64,000 nucleotides of DNA from Eubacteriales bacterium (GCA_045656745.1 JAZORT010000022.1:13784-77783), one strand, 5' to 3'. Positions 23,422 through 36,508 are shown, counted from the first letter of the stretch. A program made the numbers and translations. Notes: generated from the letters alone by a model not told the origin.

Positions 23422-24732
23422 TTATTGAATAAGTCTATCTTGCTTTGCAAGTACGAAGTGAGAAAACAGTGCCGCCCCAAGCAAAACAACAAAGGATATT
23501 AAGCCGACAATCTGTTGGGGATAGAAGCTCAGGCCAAAAATGTCGTAAACACCGCCCGAGGCAGCCGAAACCACCTTACTTCCCGCAAGCGTTGCACAAA
23601 ATCCAAGCACACCGCTTATACTGTTTTTTATTGCGGTTGCTTGCACGAAATACTCGGCGTTTACACAGCTATAGGTTATGTTAAGCATATTTCCGCCAAG
23701 TCCGGCGTTGCTTATATTATAAAAGGCTGTATAAAGAATTATCATAAATCTTGAAGAGGGAGTCGTAAAAACAACGCAAAGAAAGGCTGCCGCCGAAAAA
23801 ATAAAACCAACCTCAATTCCCCTTGCAAAGGAATATTTGTCAGAAAAACGGCCGAAAATTCTTGAAGTAAACATTCTGCAAAAATTGCCGAAGATGTTTA
23901 TTATTTGGACGAGCAAAACTGTATACCCAAGCTCACCTAAACGGTAGGTTCCGAGAAATCCGACGGTAAGATACAACCCAACCTTCCATAAAACAGAAAC
24001 GATCAAAACGTTTATAAAGTTTCTGTTTCCGAAAATGTTATGTAAAACCTCAAGTAACGGTACCTCTTCTTCAACCTCGTCGCTCGTATTTTTCACATCG
24101 TTTTTTATACACATTAAACAAATAAAATCACAAATGCAAAAAATAAGAATTCCCGAGGCGCAAAAGATAAATCCGCCTGCAAAGTTGCCATCCGCTTCAA
24201 ATTTATCAACCACGAAGCCAACGCCGAGAGTCATAAATATACCGCACGCCAAGGAGATCATTTCTTTGATAGCGGTAAAATCGGCTCTGTGCCTTGGATG
24301 CACGAAAGAGTTTCCCCACTTGAAGATTATAGAAGTAACGAAGTAGTTTCCAAAATAAGCGAGCAAAACGCCCGAAACGACCAAAACCTTTTTATAAGGC
24401 AAAGGAATTGGCAAAAACGGCAGCAGATAAAGGCACATAAACACTATCTGGCTCATGGTATGGAAAAGCGTAACGAATTTTTTTGTGTTTTTTATCTTAG
24501 AAACGACAAAAACCGAGAAAAACTGAAACAAAAAAGCAAGAGAAACGAGTGATGAAATAACGCCGATCAGCGAATCGTCAAGACCTATATGCTTTAATAG
24601 ATTAACGAGAAAAGCGTCGGTAATAAACAACGTAACCATATACTCAAAGGTACATTCCATTGCGTACGCTTTACGCGACCGCTTATAATCTCTTGAATCA
24701 AATTTCTTATCAAAATCTGCAGTAACATTCAT
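23422..24732 (-). CDS. MFS/GPH-type transporter
   Basis: 436 aa with about 12 hydrophobic helices. Confidence 0.6.
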   Translation of the reverse strand: MNVTADFDKKFDSRDYKRSRKAYAMECTFEYMVTLFITDAFLVNLLKHIGLDDSLIGVISSLVSLAFLFQFFSVFVVSKIKNTKKFVTLFHTMSQIVFMCLYLLPFLPIPLPYKKVLVVSGVLLAYFGNYFVTSIIFKWGNSFVHPRHRADFTAIKEMISLACGIFMTLGVGFVVDKFEADGNFAGGFIFCASGILIFCICDFICLMCIKNDVKNTSDEVEEEVPLLEVLHNIFGNRNFINVLIVSVLWKVGLYLTVGFLGTYRLGELGYTVLLVQIINIFGNFCRMFTSRIFGRFSDKYSFARGIEVGFIFSAAAFLCVVFTTPSSRFMIILYTAFYNISNAGLGGNMLNITYSCVNAEYFVQATAIKNSISGVLGFCATLAGSKVVSAASGGVYDIFGLSFYPQQIVGLISFVVLLGAALFSHFVLAKQDRLIQ

Positions 24733-24771
24733 ATCAAAAAATCAAACACACAAAGAGTAAACTCTATTAAT

Positions 24772-26226
24772 TCAAAGCAGAAAATACAGAAGCAATGCAA
24801 ACGCAGCCGCAAAGAGCGTACTTAAAAAATTGACCGCGTCATTATTCACAAAGCTTAAACCGCGATACTTAACACAAAGCTTTTCGCAATGGCTTTCACG
24901 CTCGATTACCCTACCGCAGACCGTGCATTTATATTTAACCTGCAAAAGTGAGCCGAGCATGCTGTCAAATATACCGCCCATAAAGCCGGATGAGCCGATT
25001 ATTAAAAATTCAAAAAGCCCAACACCGTCAAAAAGCAACGAAACAGAAGCTATTACAAAGGATGCGGCAAAGGAAGCACAGGTGCCAATAACAGACATTC
25101 CGCCGCTTAGCCCCCTCTCGCATCTTTCACCGCGAAAAATGTCGTAAGCGAGGGGTGAGAAGCTGCCAAGCCCCGAGGCAACCGTATCGGCAAATGCCTC
25201 CGCCATAGATGCAGCAAAGACAATAAGGAATACATCCGCCGAGCTTATAAAATAAAGAACTGCCGAAACGAAAGCAACTCCTCCGTTTGAAAACACCTGA
25301 ATCATATCTCGGCAGTCACCGCGTTTTTCAACGCTTTTATCATTCTGCCCTGCTTTTTTACTATGTTTTTTAATTTTATCAACTGCGATGCTGCCGCAGA
25401 AGAATGTTATCAAAACAATGAAGCCAATATTTTTAAACGCGAGAGAAACCGAAAGATCAAGCACTACGGCAAGTATAATTCCACCGACAGTAAGCGCGCG
25501 CTTGCGGTAGGAGAGCGCAATAATTATCGGGGTCAAAAGTATCGGTACAAGGAAGGAATTTATAAAAGGAAGATAGATTAAGGCGAATGTAAGCGAGGCA
25601 ACCGAAAGGGTCAAAACTATATTATCAAGTCCGCGCGAAACAAAAAGCTCAATCTCGGTTGCAAAGAAGGCTAACACAAGAGCCTGCCAAAATGCGATTT
25701 CAAAACCGTAAATTTCTCCTAAAACGAGAGGTACCGCAAAGCATATTAAAAAGCAGCTAAGCGAGCCAAAGAGAGTTTTTGAGCCAAAGACGAGAGGATT
25801 TCTTTTTTTCAAGGTCTGCCCTACCACCGCGGCAAATCCGTCACCGAGGGAGGTGCAAAAAACGCTTACTCCAAAGGGTAAAATAAATCTAGGCTCAAAG
25901 TAAGAAGCAAGAGCGAGCACCGTCATTGCAACAGCGTAATAGACCGTACCTGGAGCATTATCGCCATCCGAGGACATAGCGGGCAAAAGCTTTGCCTTAT
26001 AGTCGATGAAAAGAAGTGCGGTAAATAAAATACAAACCGCCAGGAAATGAAGAGATGTGCCAAAGAATTTATAAAGAATGACCCATTCAAATCCTACGAA
26101 AATATGCACGAACTTTCGCGTGTATTTCTTAGCAACACCGATTTTGTGCAAAACCAGTGCAACAAACACACATAAAAGAACATACAATATACTGAAAATA
26201 TATCCTTTTAATATCATAAAAAACAC
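24772..26226 (-). CDS. polytopic membrane protein (phytol/dolichol-kinase-like half + DUF92-like half + C-terminal Cys4 motif)
   Basis: 484 aa and very hydrophobic. CTVCGRVIERESHCEKLC lies near the C-terminus. The start is ambiguous (GTG 26226 or ATG 26217). Confidence 0.4.
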   Translation of the reverse strand: MFFMILKGYIFSILYVLLCVFVALVLHKIGVAKKYTRKFVHIFVGFEWVILYKFFGTSLHFLAVCILFTALLFIDYKAKLLPAMSSDGDNAPGTVYYAVAMTVLALASYFEPRFILPFGVSVFCTSLGDGFAAVVGQTLKKRNPLVFGSKTLFGSLSCFLICFAVPLVLGEIYGFEIAFWQALVLAFFATEIELFVSRGLDNIVLTLSVASLTFALIYLPFINSFLVPILLTPIIIALSYRKRALTVGGIILAVVLDLSVSLAFKNIGFIVLITFFCGSIAVDKIKKHSKKAGQNDKSVEKRGDCRDMIQVFSNGGVAFVSAVLYFISSADVFLIVFAASMAEAFADTVASGLGSFSPLAYDIFRGERCERGLSGGMSVIGTCASFAASFVIASVSLLFDGVGLFEFLIIGSSGFMGGIFDSMLGSLLQVKYKCTVCGRVIERESHCEKLCVKYRGLSFVNNDAVNFLSTLFAAAFALLLYFLL

Positions 26227-26325
26227 TCACAAACCGTATTTAACAATATTATACTCTTTTTACTCTTTGCAGTCAATAGAAAAAAATAAAAGAGCGCATT
26301 TTAATTAAAATACGCTCAAATATTC

Positions 26326-26664
26326 TTATTGCTCGGTATTTTTCTCGCCGGATTCCTCTTCATCACCGTCGGGATTGAGGTTTTCCTTACCGGGGATAAC
26401 GATTCCGCGAGTCATAGCTCTGATGTTTTCCTCAGTCTTTTTATCGATTATTTTCTGCTTTGCGGCCTTAGAAGCGGCAATGTCGGCATTAATCTCATCG
26501 CTGACAGTTCCGTCAGAAAGGGTCAAAAACTTCTCAAAAATATCGGGATAAACAAAGATCTTCTCGCAACTTTCAAATTTTACGGTAATGTACTGTCCGT
26601 TCTTCGCTACTATTTTACCGTCACCAAAGGCTTTGTGCTTTACTTCAAGATTTTCAAAAATCAT
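26326..26664 (-). CDS. hypothetical protein
   Basis: GGAGGTG RBS then ATG 26664 (MIFENLEVKHKAFGDGKIV...). Confidence 0.5.
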   Translation of the reverse strand: MIFENLEVKHKAFGDGKIVAKNGQYITVKFESCEKIFVYPDIFEKFLTLSDGTVSDEINADIAASKAAKQKIIDKKTEENIRAMTRGIVIPGKENLNPDGDEEESGEKNTEQ

Positions 26665-26905
26665 AGGCACCTCCGATTTTTTATTTTTCCAAAACCAACC
26701 GCTTTTATTCTATCTTATCGGCTGTTACAACTATAATATTACAAAAGCTAAAATTGGTTCTTCCATTTCAAAACGGCGTAATTATAGCAGATATTTGTGT
26801 CTAAAGTATGAACATACAATTATTTTTTTAAGTTATTTAAAATTTCTTTCAAAATTAACAAAAAAAACACAAAATAAAGTACAAAATAGCCAAAAAAACT
26901 AAGGC

Positions 26906-28234
26906 TCAGGCATTTTTCGCATGACAATCCTGACCGCAAATTTCGGCGTGGCAAACATGGTGCACGGTACAGTCGCGCTTTTCCAGCATGTGCTTTGCAT
27001 AGAGAGCCTCGGTAGCAAAAGCAAGCTTTGTAACCACGTTTTTGCGGTTTTTGAAGTAGCAATAGAATGAATCGTCCTCGGTTGAAATATCAACGCAGTC
27101 ATCGCGCTTTATTCTAAACCAATCATACTCAACATGGAGGCTGTTTGTCTGCAAGGGGTTACGGTTTATAACAAATTCCTTGCCATTATGGAATCCCTTT
27201 ACAGTAAAGCCAAGCTCGGGGTCGTGGGTCAGCACTCCGTCACCAAGCTTAACAAAGCCGTTGCACCTGGGCATTGAGTAAATCTCTACCTCGTCCTCAA
27301 AGCTATATTCACCCTGGGAAACCTGCTCTTCAACAAGCTCGCGCTCCCAATCAAACCATTCGGGAACAGTTTTAAAGCGGGTTTCGCCCTCGTTTGCCTG
27401 AATAAAGCCGTCCTCACGGAGAGTCCAGCGCTTACCGCACTCGGTACAGAATATTTCGGCGCCCGAAGAGTCCATTTTTGACTCCGCAAGGCAATGGGGG
27501 CAGGTATAAAGTATCTTGTGAAGTCCCTCTGCCCTATATTTTTCCTTGATAAGAATGCCGTTTTCAATCTGATACTGATAATCGTTGTAATAAAGAGCTT
27601 CTCTGATTTTTTCGTTAATCTGGTCTACGCTCATTTCATCGATTTCTTCAGGAGTTAAAATCTTTGTTAAGGTTGTATGCAGGGGCACCTTGCGCTTTCT
27701 TCTGAAATCCCAGGCGGGAGAGTGAAGATAATTGCCTCTGTGAACTACGGCAACAACTGCGACGCGGTTTTTCTTAACCAGCATACCAAGCGACTCCGGG
27801 ATATAAGAAATCACGCCTGCGGGCGAATATCTTGCCTCAGGGTAAAGTCCGAGAACATCACCGCGGGAGAGCACCTTTTTAATCGACTTCACAAGGTGGA
27901 TATCCATAGTGAATTTTCTTGTGCAGATAGCGCCTATCCACTCCATAAGCCAAGCGCGCTTGTGGTAGCCGTCAATATTTACAACATTATTGACTCTGTG
28001 AGGCCAGGTGCCAAGCGCCGCAAGCTCAAAATCAACGAACGACATATGATTTGAGAGCATAAAATACGGCGGCTTTAACCCCTCCATATTTATCTTTTCA
28101 ACCTTGTGCTTTTTGAAAAACAAAGAAAAGAACGATAGCACCCAAATAAGTCCCGTAAGGTACAAGGGCTGTCTTATAGGATACTTTGCGGTTTTGTATT
28201 TACGCTTGTTTTTATAATTTGGCGGTAAATTCAT
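26906..28234 (-). CDS. PlsC-type lysophospholipid acyltransferase with zinc-ribbon C-terminal region
   Basis: NHMSFVDF is the HX4D motif and YPEARYS is motif III. CPHCLAESK...CTECGKRW is a Cys4 ribbon. Confidence 0.7.
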   Translation of the reverse strand: MNLPPNYKNKRKYKTAKYPIRQPLYLTGLIWVLSFFSLFFKKHKVEKINMEGLKPPYFMLSNHMSFVDFELAALGTWPHRVNNVVNIDGYHKRAWLMEWIGAICTRKFTMDIHLVKSIKKVLSRGDVLGLYPEARYSPAGVISYIPESLGMLVKKNRVAVVAVVHRGNYLHSPAWDFRRKRKVPLHTTLTKILTPEEIDEMSVDQINEKIREALYYNDYQYQIENGILIKEKYRAEGLHKILYTCPHCLAESKMDSSGAEIFCTECGKRWTLREDGFIQANEGETRFKTVPEWFDWERELVEEQVSQGEYSFEDEVEIYSMPRCNGFVKLGDGVLTHDPELGFTVKGFHNGKEFVINRNPLQTNSLHVEYDWFRIKRDDCVDISTEDDSFYCYFKNRKNVVTKLAFATEALYAKHMLEKRDCTVHHVCHAEICGQDCHAKNA

Positions 28235-28397
28235 ATAATACTCCTCTCCGTCAACAAGGGGGTTAAAAACTCAATCCTTGACATTATACAACATTTTGTA
28301 AACAAAATCAAGTTTTTTTCTTAATTTAGATTAATTTTGTTGAAAATTTATTAAAAAAGTGATAAAATATATTAAAATCGAAGCTAAAGGTGAAAAA

Positions 28398-29348
28398 ATG
28401 ACTGCATTATACCTTTCCTTGTCAATTCTTTTGTTTCTGATATTCGCGGCTCTCACCGCCGCCCTTATCTGCTTTTTCAAAATCTTTTATGCCCCGAAGA
28501 GAAAGCCAAATCCCGACGGTAAAATTCAAATTCCCGACGGTGAAATTTATGAAGTCCACAGACCGCAGCTTGAAGAGTGGATTAAAATGTCAAGAGAAAA
28601 GCCCCACACCGACCACGAAATCAAGTCCTTTGACGGTCTGACTCTTCGAGGAAAATTTTATGAATATTCCCCTGATGCGCCGATTGAGCTTATGATGCAC
28701 GGCTATCAGGGCAACGCCGAGCGTGATATGAGCGGCGGAATATACCGTAGCGCACGCCTCGGGCACAGTGCTCTTGTGGTTGACCACAGAGCCTCGGGAA
28801 GAAGCGACGGCAGCGTTATCACATTCGGCATAAACGAGAGCCGTGATTGTATTTCCTGGGTCAATTATATTATCTCAAACATTAACAAGGATGCAAAAAT
28901 TATTTTGACGGGCATTTCTATGGGTGCTGCAACCGTGCTTATCACCTCGGGAAAAGAGCTGCCGAAAAACGTTGTCGGCGTACTTGCAGATTGCGGCTAT
29001 ACCTCGGCAAAGGATATAATCAAAAAGGTTATAAGAGACATGAAGCTCCCTGCTGAGCTGCTCTACCCCTTTGCAAAGCTTGGCGCAAGGCTCTTCGGCA
29101 GATTTAACCTTGACGAAATCTCGCCTATCGAGATGGTAACGCACTCAAAACTGCCGACAATATTCTTCCACGGTGATAACGACCTCTTTGTCCCCCACTA
29201 TATGAGCGAAGCAAACTTTAAAGCCTGCGCAGCGCCGAAAAAGCTCGTCCTTATAAAAGGCGCAGGCCACGGCTTGGCTTTCCCTGCCGATGAAGAATAT
29301 TACATAAAGGAAGCTCGTGAATTCTTTAGAGAGCATATTGAATATTAA
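28398..29348 (+). CDS. alpha/beta hydrolase with N-terminal TM
   Basis: AAAGGTG RBS then ATG 28398. GISMGAA is the nucleophile elbow, and GDNDLFV and GAGHG are also present. Confidence 0.75.
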   Translation: MTALYLSLSILLFLIFAALTAALICFFKIFYAPKRKPNPDGKIQIPDGEIYEVHRPQLEEWIKMSREKPHTDHEIKSFDGLTLRGKFYEYSPDAPIELMMHGYQGNAERDMSGGIYRSARLGHSALVVDHRASGRSDGSVITFGINESRDCISWVNYIISNINKDAKIILTGISMGAATVLITSGKELPKNVVGVLADCGYTSAKDIIKKVIRDMKLPAELLYPFAKLGARLFGRFNLDEISPIEMVTHSKLPTIFFHGDNDLFVPHYMSEANFKACAAPKKLVLIKGAGHGLAFPADEEYYIKEAREFFREHIEY

Positions 29349-29543
29349 ACAAGAATGAGGGGTACTTTTTGCAAAAAGTTCCCCGTTCCCCTTCAAAAAC
29401 TCCTGTGAAAAGGAGTTTTTACCGCAATATCCGTTTACAAACAACAAAGGCGAGTCCGATTTGGACTCGCCTTAAAACATATTCCTGCTATGAAGTTTTT
29501 GCGGAGCATTTTTCAAAAAGCGACACTTTTCTCGTTACTCAAC

Positions 29544-31193
29544 TTAGAACTCAATCATTGACTCATCCCAGATTTCGGGAGCTTTGAAGCCGAGCATATT
29601 AACGGTGGTTGCCGCAACATTAGAGAGGCCGAAGCTATCACTCTGCTTCAAGGTGTACTTATCAGCGGTAAAGTTATCATAGATAATGAAAGGAACGGGG
29701 TTAAGGGTGTGAGAAGTCTTTGCCTTGAAGGAGCCGTCCTTGCCTACCTTGGGAGCTCCGGTCTTTTTATCAAGCTCGTACATTTCGTCAGCGTTACCGT
29801 GGTCTGCGGTGATAAGAGCCGCGCCCTGCATTTCGTCAACAACCTTAAGAAGTCTTGCGAGCTGAAGGTCAAGAGCCTCCATAGAGCACTGGGTTGCAAG
29901 GAAGGAGCCGGTGTGGCCTACCATATCTCCGTTGGGGAAATTAACGCGGAGGTACTTATATTTACCGCTTCTGAGGCACTCGATGAGCTTGTCGGTGATT
30001 TCTGCGCACTTCATCCAAGGTCTCTGCTCGAAGGGTACAACGTCGGAGGGAATTTCGATATAGGTCTCAAGCTCCTCGGAGAACTTGCCCGACTTATTAC
30101 CGTTCCAGAAATAGGTAACGTGGCCGTACTTCTGGGTTTCGGAGATTGCAAGCTCGGGAACGCCTGCCGCAACAAGGTACTCGGACATTGTGTTTGTAAT
30201 CTCTGGAGGAGAAACGAGGTAACGGCTGGGGATATGAAGGTCGCCGTCATACTCGAGCATACCTGCGTAAAGAACTGCGGGAACTCTCTTTCTGTCAAAC
30301 TTATCAAAATCAGCGCCGGACTCAAAAGCCTTAGAAATTTCGATAGAACGGTCGCCGCGGAAGTTGAAGAATATTACGCTGTCGCCGTCATTAACGGTAC
30401 CAACGGGTGCGCCGTCCTTTGCAATAACGAAGGGAGGAAGGTCCTGGTCGATAACCTTAGTTTCGTTTCTGTAAGTGGTGATAGCCTCCTCTGCGGATGC
30501 AAAATATCTGCCCTCGCCGAGAACGTGAGTTTTCCAACCAAGGTCAACCATTCCCCAGTTAGCCTCGTATCTATCCATTGTAACCTGCATACGGCCGCCG
30601 CCGGATGCGATGCAGATATCAAAATCATCAGAACGAAGAGAAGCAAGGAAATCCTCGAAAGGAAGAACATAGTCAAGCGCGCTGGTCTCGCCAACATCGC
30701 GTCCGTCAAGAAGAATGTGTACTCTTACTCTCTTAACGCCCTCTTCCTTAGCCTTTACAATAAGAGCCTTGAGGTGGTCGATGTGGGAGTGAACATTTCC
30801 GTCAGAGAAAAGACCAAGGAAATGAAGAGTAGAATTGTTAGCCTTAACACCGCCAACAAGAGTTGTCCAGGTTTCGGATGCAAAAATCTTGCCCGACTCG
30901 ATAGACTGAGAAACAAGCTTTGCGCCCTGAGCGAATACCTGACCCGAGCCGAGGGCATTGTGTCCAACCTCGGAGTTACCCATATCGTCATCACCGGGCA
31001 AACCAACGGCTGTGCCGTGCGCCTTGATGGAAACGGTGGGATACTTGCTCATTAACATATCAAGAGTGGGGGTGTTTGCCGCCGCAACCGCGTTTGCACC
31101 GTTGCTCGGAGCAATGCCTACGCCGTCCATAACTATGGTAAGAAGCGGGCCCTTTACGCCCTCGAATTTAGTGGATTTTTTAAGTTCTGCCAT
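29544..31193 (-). CDS. gpmI: 2,3-bisphosphoglycerate-independent phosphoglycerate mutase (long form)
   Basis: MDGVGIAP, DDDMGNSEVGHNALGSG, DGRD and ADHGNADEM are all present. Confidence 0.9.
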   Translation of the reverse strand: MAELKKSTKFEGVKGPLLTIVMDGVGIAPSNGANAVAAANTPTLDMLMSKYPTVSIKAHGTAVGLPGDDDMGNSEVGHNALGSGQVFAQGAKLVSQSIESGKIFASETWTTLVGGVKANNSTLHFLGLFSDGNVHSHIDHLKALIVKAKEEGVKRVRVHILLDGRDVGETSALDYVLPFEDFLASLRSDDFDICIASGGGRMQVTMDRYEANWGMVDLGWKTHVLGEGRYFASAEEAITTYRNETKVIDQDLPPFVIAKDGAPVGTVNDGDSVIFFNFRGDRSIEISKAFESGADFDKFDRKRVPAVLYAGMLEYDGDLHIPSRYLVSPPEITNTMSEYLVAAGVPELAISETQKYGHVTYFWNGNKSGKFSEELETYIEIPSDVVPFEQRPWMKCAEITDKLIECLRSGKYKYLRVNFPNGDMVGHTGSFLATQCSMEALDLQLARLLKVVDEMQGAALITADHGNADEMYELDKKTGAPKVGKDGSFKAKTSHTLNPVPFIIYDNFTADKYTLKQSDSFGLSNVAATTVNMLGFKAPEIWDESMIEF

Positions 31194-31226
31194 TTTATAT
31201 TTTGCCTTTCTGCTTTAAATTATCTC

Positions 31227-33221
31227 TTAAATATCAGCATCTTTGATATACAGATGACCGTAATCGGTAATAAATCTTTTTCTCTCCTGGAGAGCATCGC
31301 CGAGAAGAACATCAAACATTTTTGCCGTTGCCTCGGCATCAGTGGGAGTAACCGCGACAAGTCTTCTCGTTTGCGGACACATAGTGGTGCGCCACATCAT
31401 ATCAGGCTCGTTTTCACCAAGTCCCTTCGAGCGCTGGAGAGTATATTTTTTGCTGCCGAGCTTTGCCAAAATCTCGGTTTTCTCCTGCTCGTTATAAGCA
31501 AAGAATGTCTCGCCACCCGAGGTGATCTCGAACAAGGGTGACTCGGCAATAAATATCTTTCCCTTCTCGATAAGAGTGGGAAGAAGGCGGTAAAACATCG
31601 TAAGAAGCAGAGTTCTTATCTGGAATCCGTCCTCGTCCGCATCGGTGCATATTATAATTTTATTCCACTTAAGCAGGTTGTAATCAAAGGTTGCAAGATC
31701 GCTCTTTTTACCCGTTTTTACCTCAACGCCGCAACCGATAACCTTGAGAAGGTCAACGATAATATCACTGGCAAAAATCTTTTCGTAAGAGCTCTTCATA
31801 CAGTTAAGAGTTTTACCTCTTACGGGGATTATAGCCTGAAAATCAGCGTTTCTGCCAAGCTTACAGCTGGTCATTGCAGAGTCACCCTCTACGATATAAA
31901 CCTCTCGAATGGCGGGATCCTTAGAGCCGCAAGGAACGAACTTTTCAACTCTGTTGGAAACGTCCATTGTGCCGGTAAGCTTTTTCTTAATATCTATCTT
32001 TGTCTTTTCGGCAGACTCGCGCGCTCTCTTGTTAACAAGAACCTGGTTTGCTATGGTGTTTGCAGCGTTTGCATTCTCGGTAAGATAGATTTCAAGATTG
32101 GTTTTTATAAACTCGGTAAGAGCCTTTTGAATAAAGGCGTTGGTTATAGCCTTTTTCGTTTGGTTTTCGTAAGAGGTCTGTGTTGAAGCAGAGTTTACGA
32201 TAACCGCAAGGTTGTCCGCGATGTCGGCAAAGGAGATTTTAGACTCGTTTTTAGTGTACTTATTCTGCGCCTTGATATATTTATCAATAGCGTAGGTAAA
32301 AGCGGCTTTAACCGCCTTATCGGGCGCACCGCCGTACTCGAGGAATGAGGAGTTGTGGTAATACTCCGCCGTTCCCGATTTTGCAAAGCAGAAGGTAACC
32401 TCGGCTTTAAGCTTATAGTCGGGCATATCCTCTCTGTCGCGTCCCTTTGTTTCAATCTTCCAGATAACGGGAGAGGTTGTTGTAATTCCCTCGGTTATCT
32501 CGGCAATATAGTCCGCAACGCCGTTCTCGTAATAATATTCGCTCTTTTCAAACTTGCCGTTTTCCTGCTCAACCTCGAGAACGAACTTTATTCCCGCGTT
32601 AACAAACGCCTGACGGCGAAGGGTTGCCGAAAGAAACTCCACGGGAATGTCAATTTCCTTAAACACCTTGAGGTCGGGGCGCCATCTAATGACAGTACCT
32701 CTCTTTTTCATTCCCTGCTGAATATCAACAACAGAAAGGTCACCCACCGGGTTTCCCGACTTAAACTTCATAGACGAAAGAGTTTTGCCGTTATAGGACT
32801 CAACCGTCATAAATTCCGAGGAATACTGTGTTGCCGTAGCGCCAAGACCGTTAAGACCCAGCGAAAACTCGTATGCCGAGTCGCCGTCGTTATTATCGTA
32901 CTTACCGCCCGCGTAAAGCTCGCAGAAAACAAGCTCCCAGTTCCATCTTTTCTCTTTCTCGTTATATCCGAGAGGAACACCGCGTCCGAAGTCCTCTACC
33001 TCGATAGAAAGGTCGCGGTATTTCTTTACGAAAATTTTATCTCCGTAGCCCTCACGCGCCTCGTCAACCGAGTTTGCCAATATTTCAATAAAGGAATGCT
33101 GGCATCCGATAAGGTCGTCAGAGCCGAAGATACCCGCCGGTCTTTTTCTTACCCTATCAGCGCCCTTTAGGCTTTTTATACTTTGATCGTCGTATTCTTT
33201 TTTGTTAATCTTAGTTGCCAA
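31227..33221 (-). CDS. type IIA topoisomerase subunit B (ParE/GyrB family)
   Basis: GHKL and Toprim patterns (EILANSVDEA, LYIVEGDSA-like YIVEGDSAMTS, DADEDG). The track start is 33248, but AGGAGG-N7-TTG favours 33221. Confidence 0.85.
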   Translation of the reverse strand: MATKINKKEYDDQSIKSLKGADRVRKRPAGIFGSDDLIGCQHSFIEILANSVDEAREGYGDKIFVKKYRDLSIEVEDFGRGVPLGYNEKEKRWNWELVFCELYAGGKYDNNDGDSAYEFSLGLNGLGATATQYSSEFMTVESYNGKTLSSMKFKSGNPVGDLSVVDIQQGMKKRGTVIRWRPDLKVFKEIDIPVEFLSATLRRQAFVNAGIKFVLEVEQENGKFEKSEYYYENGVADYIAEITEGITTTSPVIWKIETKGRDREDMPDYKLKAEVTFCFAKSGTAEYYHNSSFLEYGGAPDKAVKAAFTYAIDKYIKAQNKYTKNESKISFADIADNLAVIVNSASTQTSYENQTKKAITNAFIQKALTEFIKTNLEIYLTENANAANTIANQVLVNKRARESAEKTKIDIKKKLTGTMDVSNRVEKFVPCGSKDPAIREVYIVEGDSAMTSCKLGRNADFQAIIPVRGKTLNCMKSSYEKIFASDIIVDLLKVIGCGVEVKTGKKSDLATFDYNLLKWNKIIICTDADEDGFQIRTLLLTMFYRLLPTLIEKGKIFIAESPLFEITSGGETFFAYNEQEKTEILAKLGSKKYTLQRSKGLGENEPDMMWRTTMCPQTRRLVAVTPTDAEATAKMFDVLLGDALQERKRFITDYGHLYIKDADI

Positions 33222-33428
33222 TTGCGCCCCTCCTAAATAATTTTCCAAATTACATTATAACATAACATATAATATTTGTCAAGCAAAAAACTCAAGCAAA
33301 AGGTTGGTTCATCCATCAATATCAATAAATTTTACGACGATATAAAACGGACGCGCGATTGACCGTTGACATCACGTTAATATAATGCTATAATTTATGG
33401 TATCTTATTAAAAACGAGGGAAGCTTTT

Positions 33429-34253
33429 ATGAAAGAACTTGAATACATGGCAGAGCTTGAAGGCGAAAAAACGCTGAAAGAATATCTTCCCACCCTTGGA
33501 CTTTCGGTTACTCTTATTCGAAAGATAAAGCAAACGGGGATTTTCGTTGACGGAGTCCCCTGCACCGTAAGAGCCAAGGTAAGACAAGGCTCGAAAATCA
33601 GGCTTATGCTCCCCGAGGAAAAAAGCGAGGGCATACCCCCGATGGATATACCCCTAAATATTGTTTACGAAGACAAAAATCTTCTTATTGTCGATAAACC
33701 GAAAAATATGCCCACCCACCCGTCAAAAGGAAACAATCTGCCCACACTCGCTAACGGAGTAATGGCAAAATACGGCGGTGATTTTGTCTTTCGCTCTATA
33801 ACAAGGCTCGACCGAGACACCTCGGGGCTTGTGCTTATTGCAAAGGACCAAATCACCGCAAATCTTCTTTCTTTGGAGATAAAGCAAGGCAGAGTGTTTA
33901 AAAAGTATTTGGCTCTTGCATCGGGACATCTCGAAAAAGACCACGAAATTATTGATGCGCCCATACGCAGAGAGCGCGAGGGAGAGATGAAAAGGATAGT
34001 TGCCCCCGACGGAAAACGGGCGGTGACAGAGTATTTTGTAAAGCAAAAAACAGACGAAAATACCCTTTGCGAAATAGTGCTGCATACGGGCAGAACTCAC
34101 CAAATAAGAGTCCATTTCGCCCACATCGGACACCCCCTGGTCGGTGATTTTCTCTATGGTGAAAGAAGTGACGAAGGCTATTTTCTCCGCTGTATAGAGC
34201 TTGGATTTACCCACCCCGAAACAAAGGAATATATATCTGTAAAGGTTGATTAA
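33429..34253 (+). CDS. RluA-family pseudouridine synthase
   Basis: S4-like N-terminus, with RLDRDTSGLVLIAK and GRTHQIRVH. Confidence 0.85.
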   Translation: MKELEYMAELEGEKTLKEYLPTLGLSVTLIRKIKQTGIFVDGVPCTVRAKVRQGSKIRLMLPEEKSEGIPPMDIPLNIVYEDKNLLIVDKPKNMPTHPSKGNNLPTLANGVMAKYGGDFVFRSITRLDRDTSGLVLIAKDQITANLLSLEIKQGRVFKKYLALASGHLEKDHEIIDAPIRREREGEMKRIVAPDGKRAVTEYFVKQKTDENTLCEIVLHTGRTHQIRVHFAHIGHPLVGDFLYGERSDEGYFLRCIELGFTHPETKEYISVKVD

Positions 34254-34257
34254 AAAA

Positions 34258-34290
34258 CGGCAGAAAGCAATGTGCTTCTGCCGTTTTCAC
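34258..34290. terminator. bidirectional terminator
   Basis: CGGCAGAA-N10-TTCTGCCG, with an A-run before it and a T-run after it. Confidence 0.65.
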
Positions 34291-34291
34291 T

Positions 34292-36304
<2,013 letters not shown>

Positions 36305-36508
36305 CTATCCTTTAAGATTTATTTACTTAAATATTTTACCATAATATAACTCTTTTGTCAACAATTCTAATGTTGAATAATATACACAAAAATATTGCAA
36401 ATTTTCTTCCAATCTCCAAAAAATCACGCAAAAAATGATTTTTCGCCCCATATTGACATTCATCGTTTTTTGAGTATAATTTTAGGTGTGATTTTTTGGG
36501 AGGTTTTT

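Noticed and set aside
29709-31055. 448-aa plus-strand ORF
   Set aside because: It is fully antisense to the clearly recognisable gpmI gene. It has no RBS and an odd, low-complexity composition. It is a shadow ORF created by codon bias.
32355-33170. 271-aa plus-strand ORF
   Set aside because: It is antisense to the topoisomerase B subunit gene.
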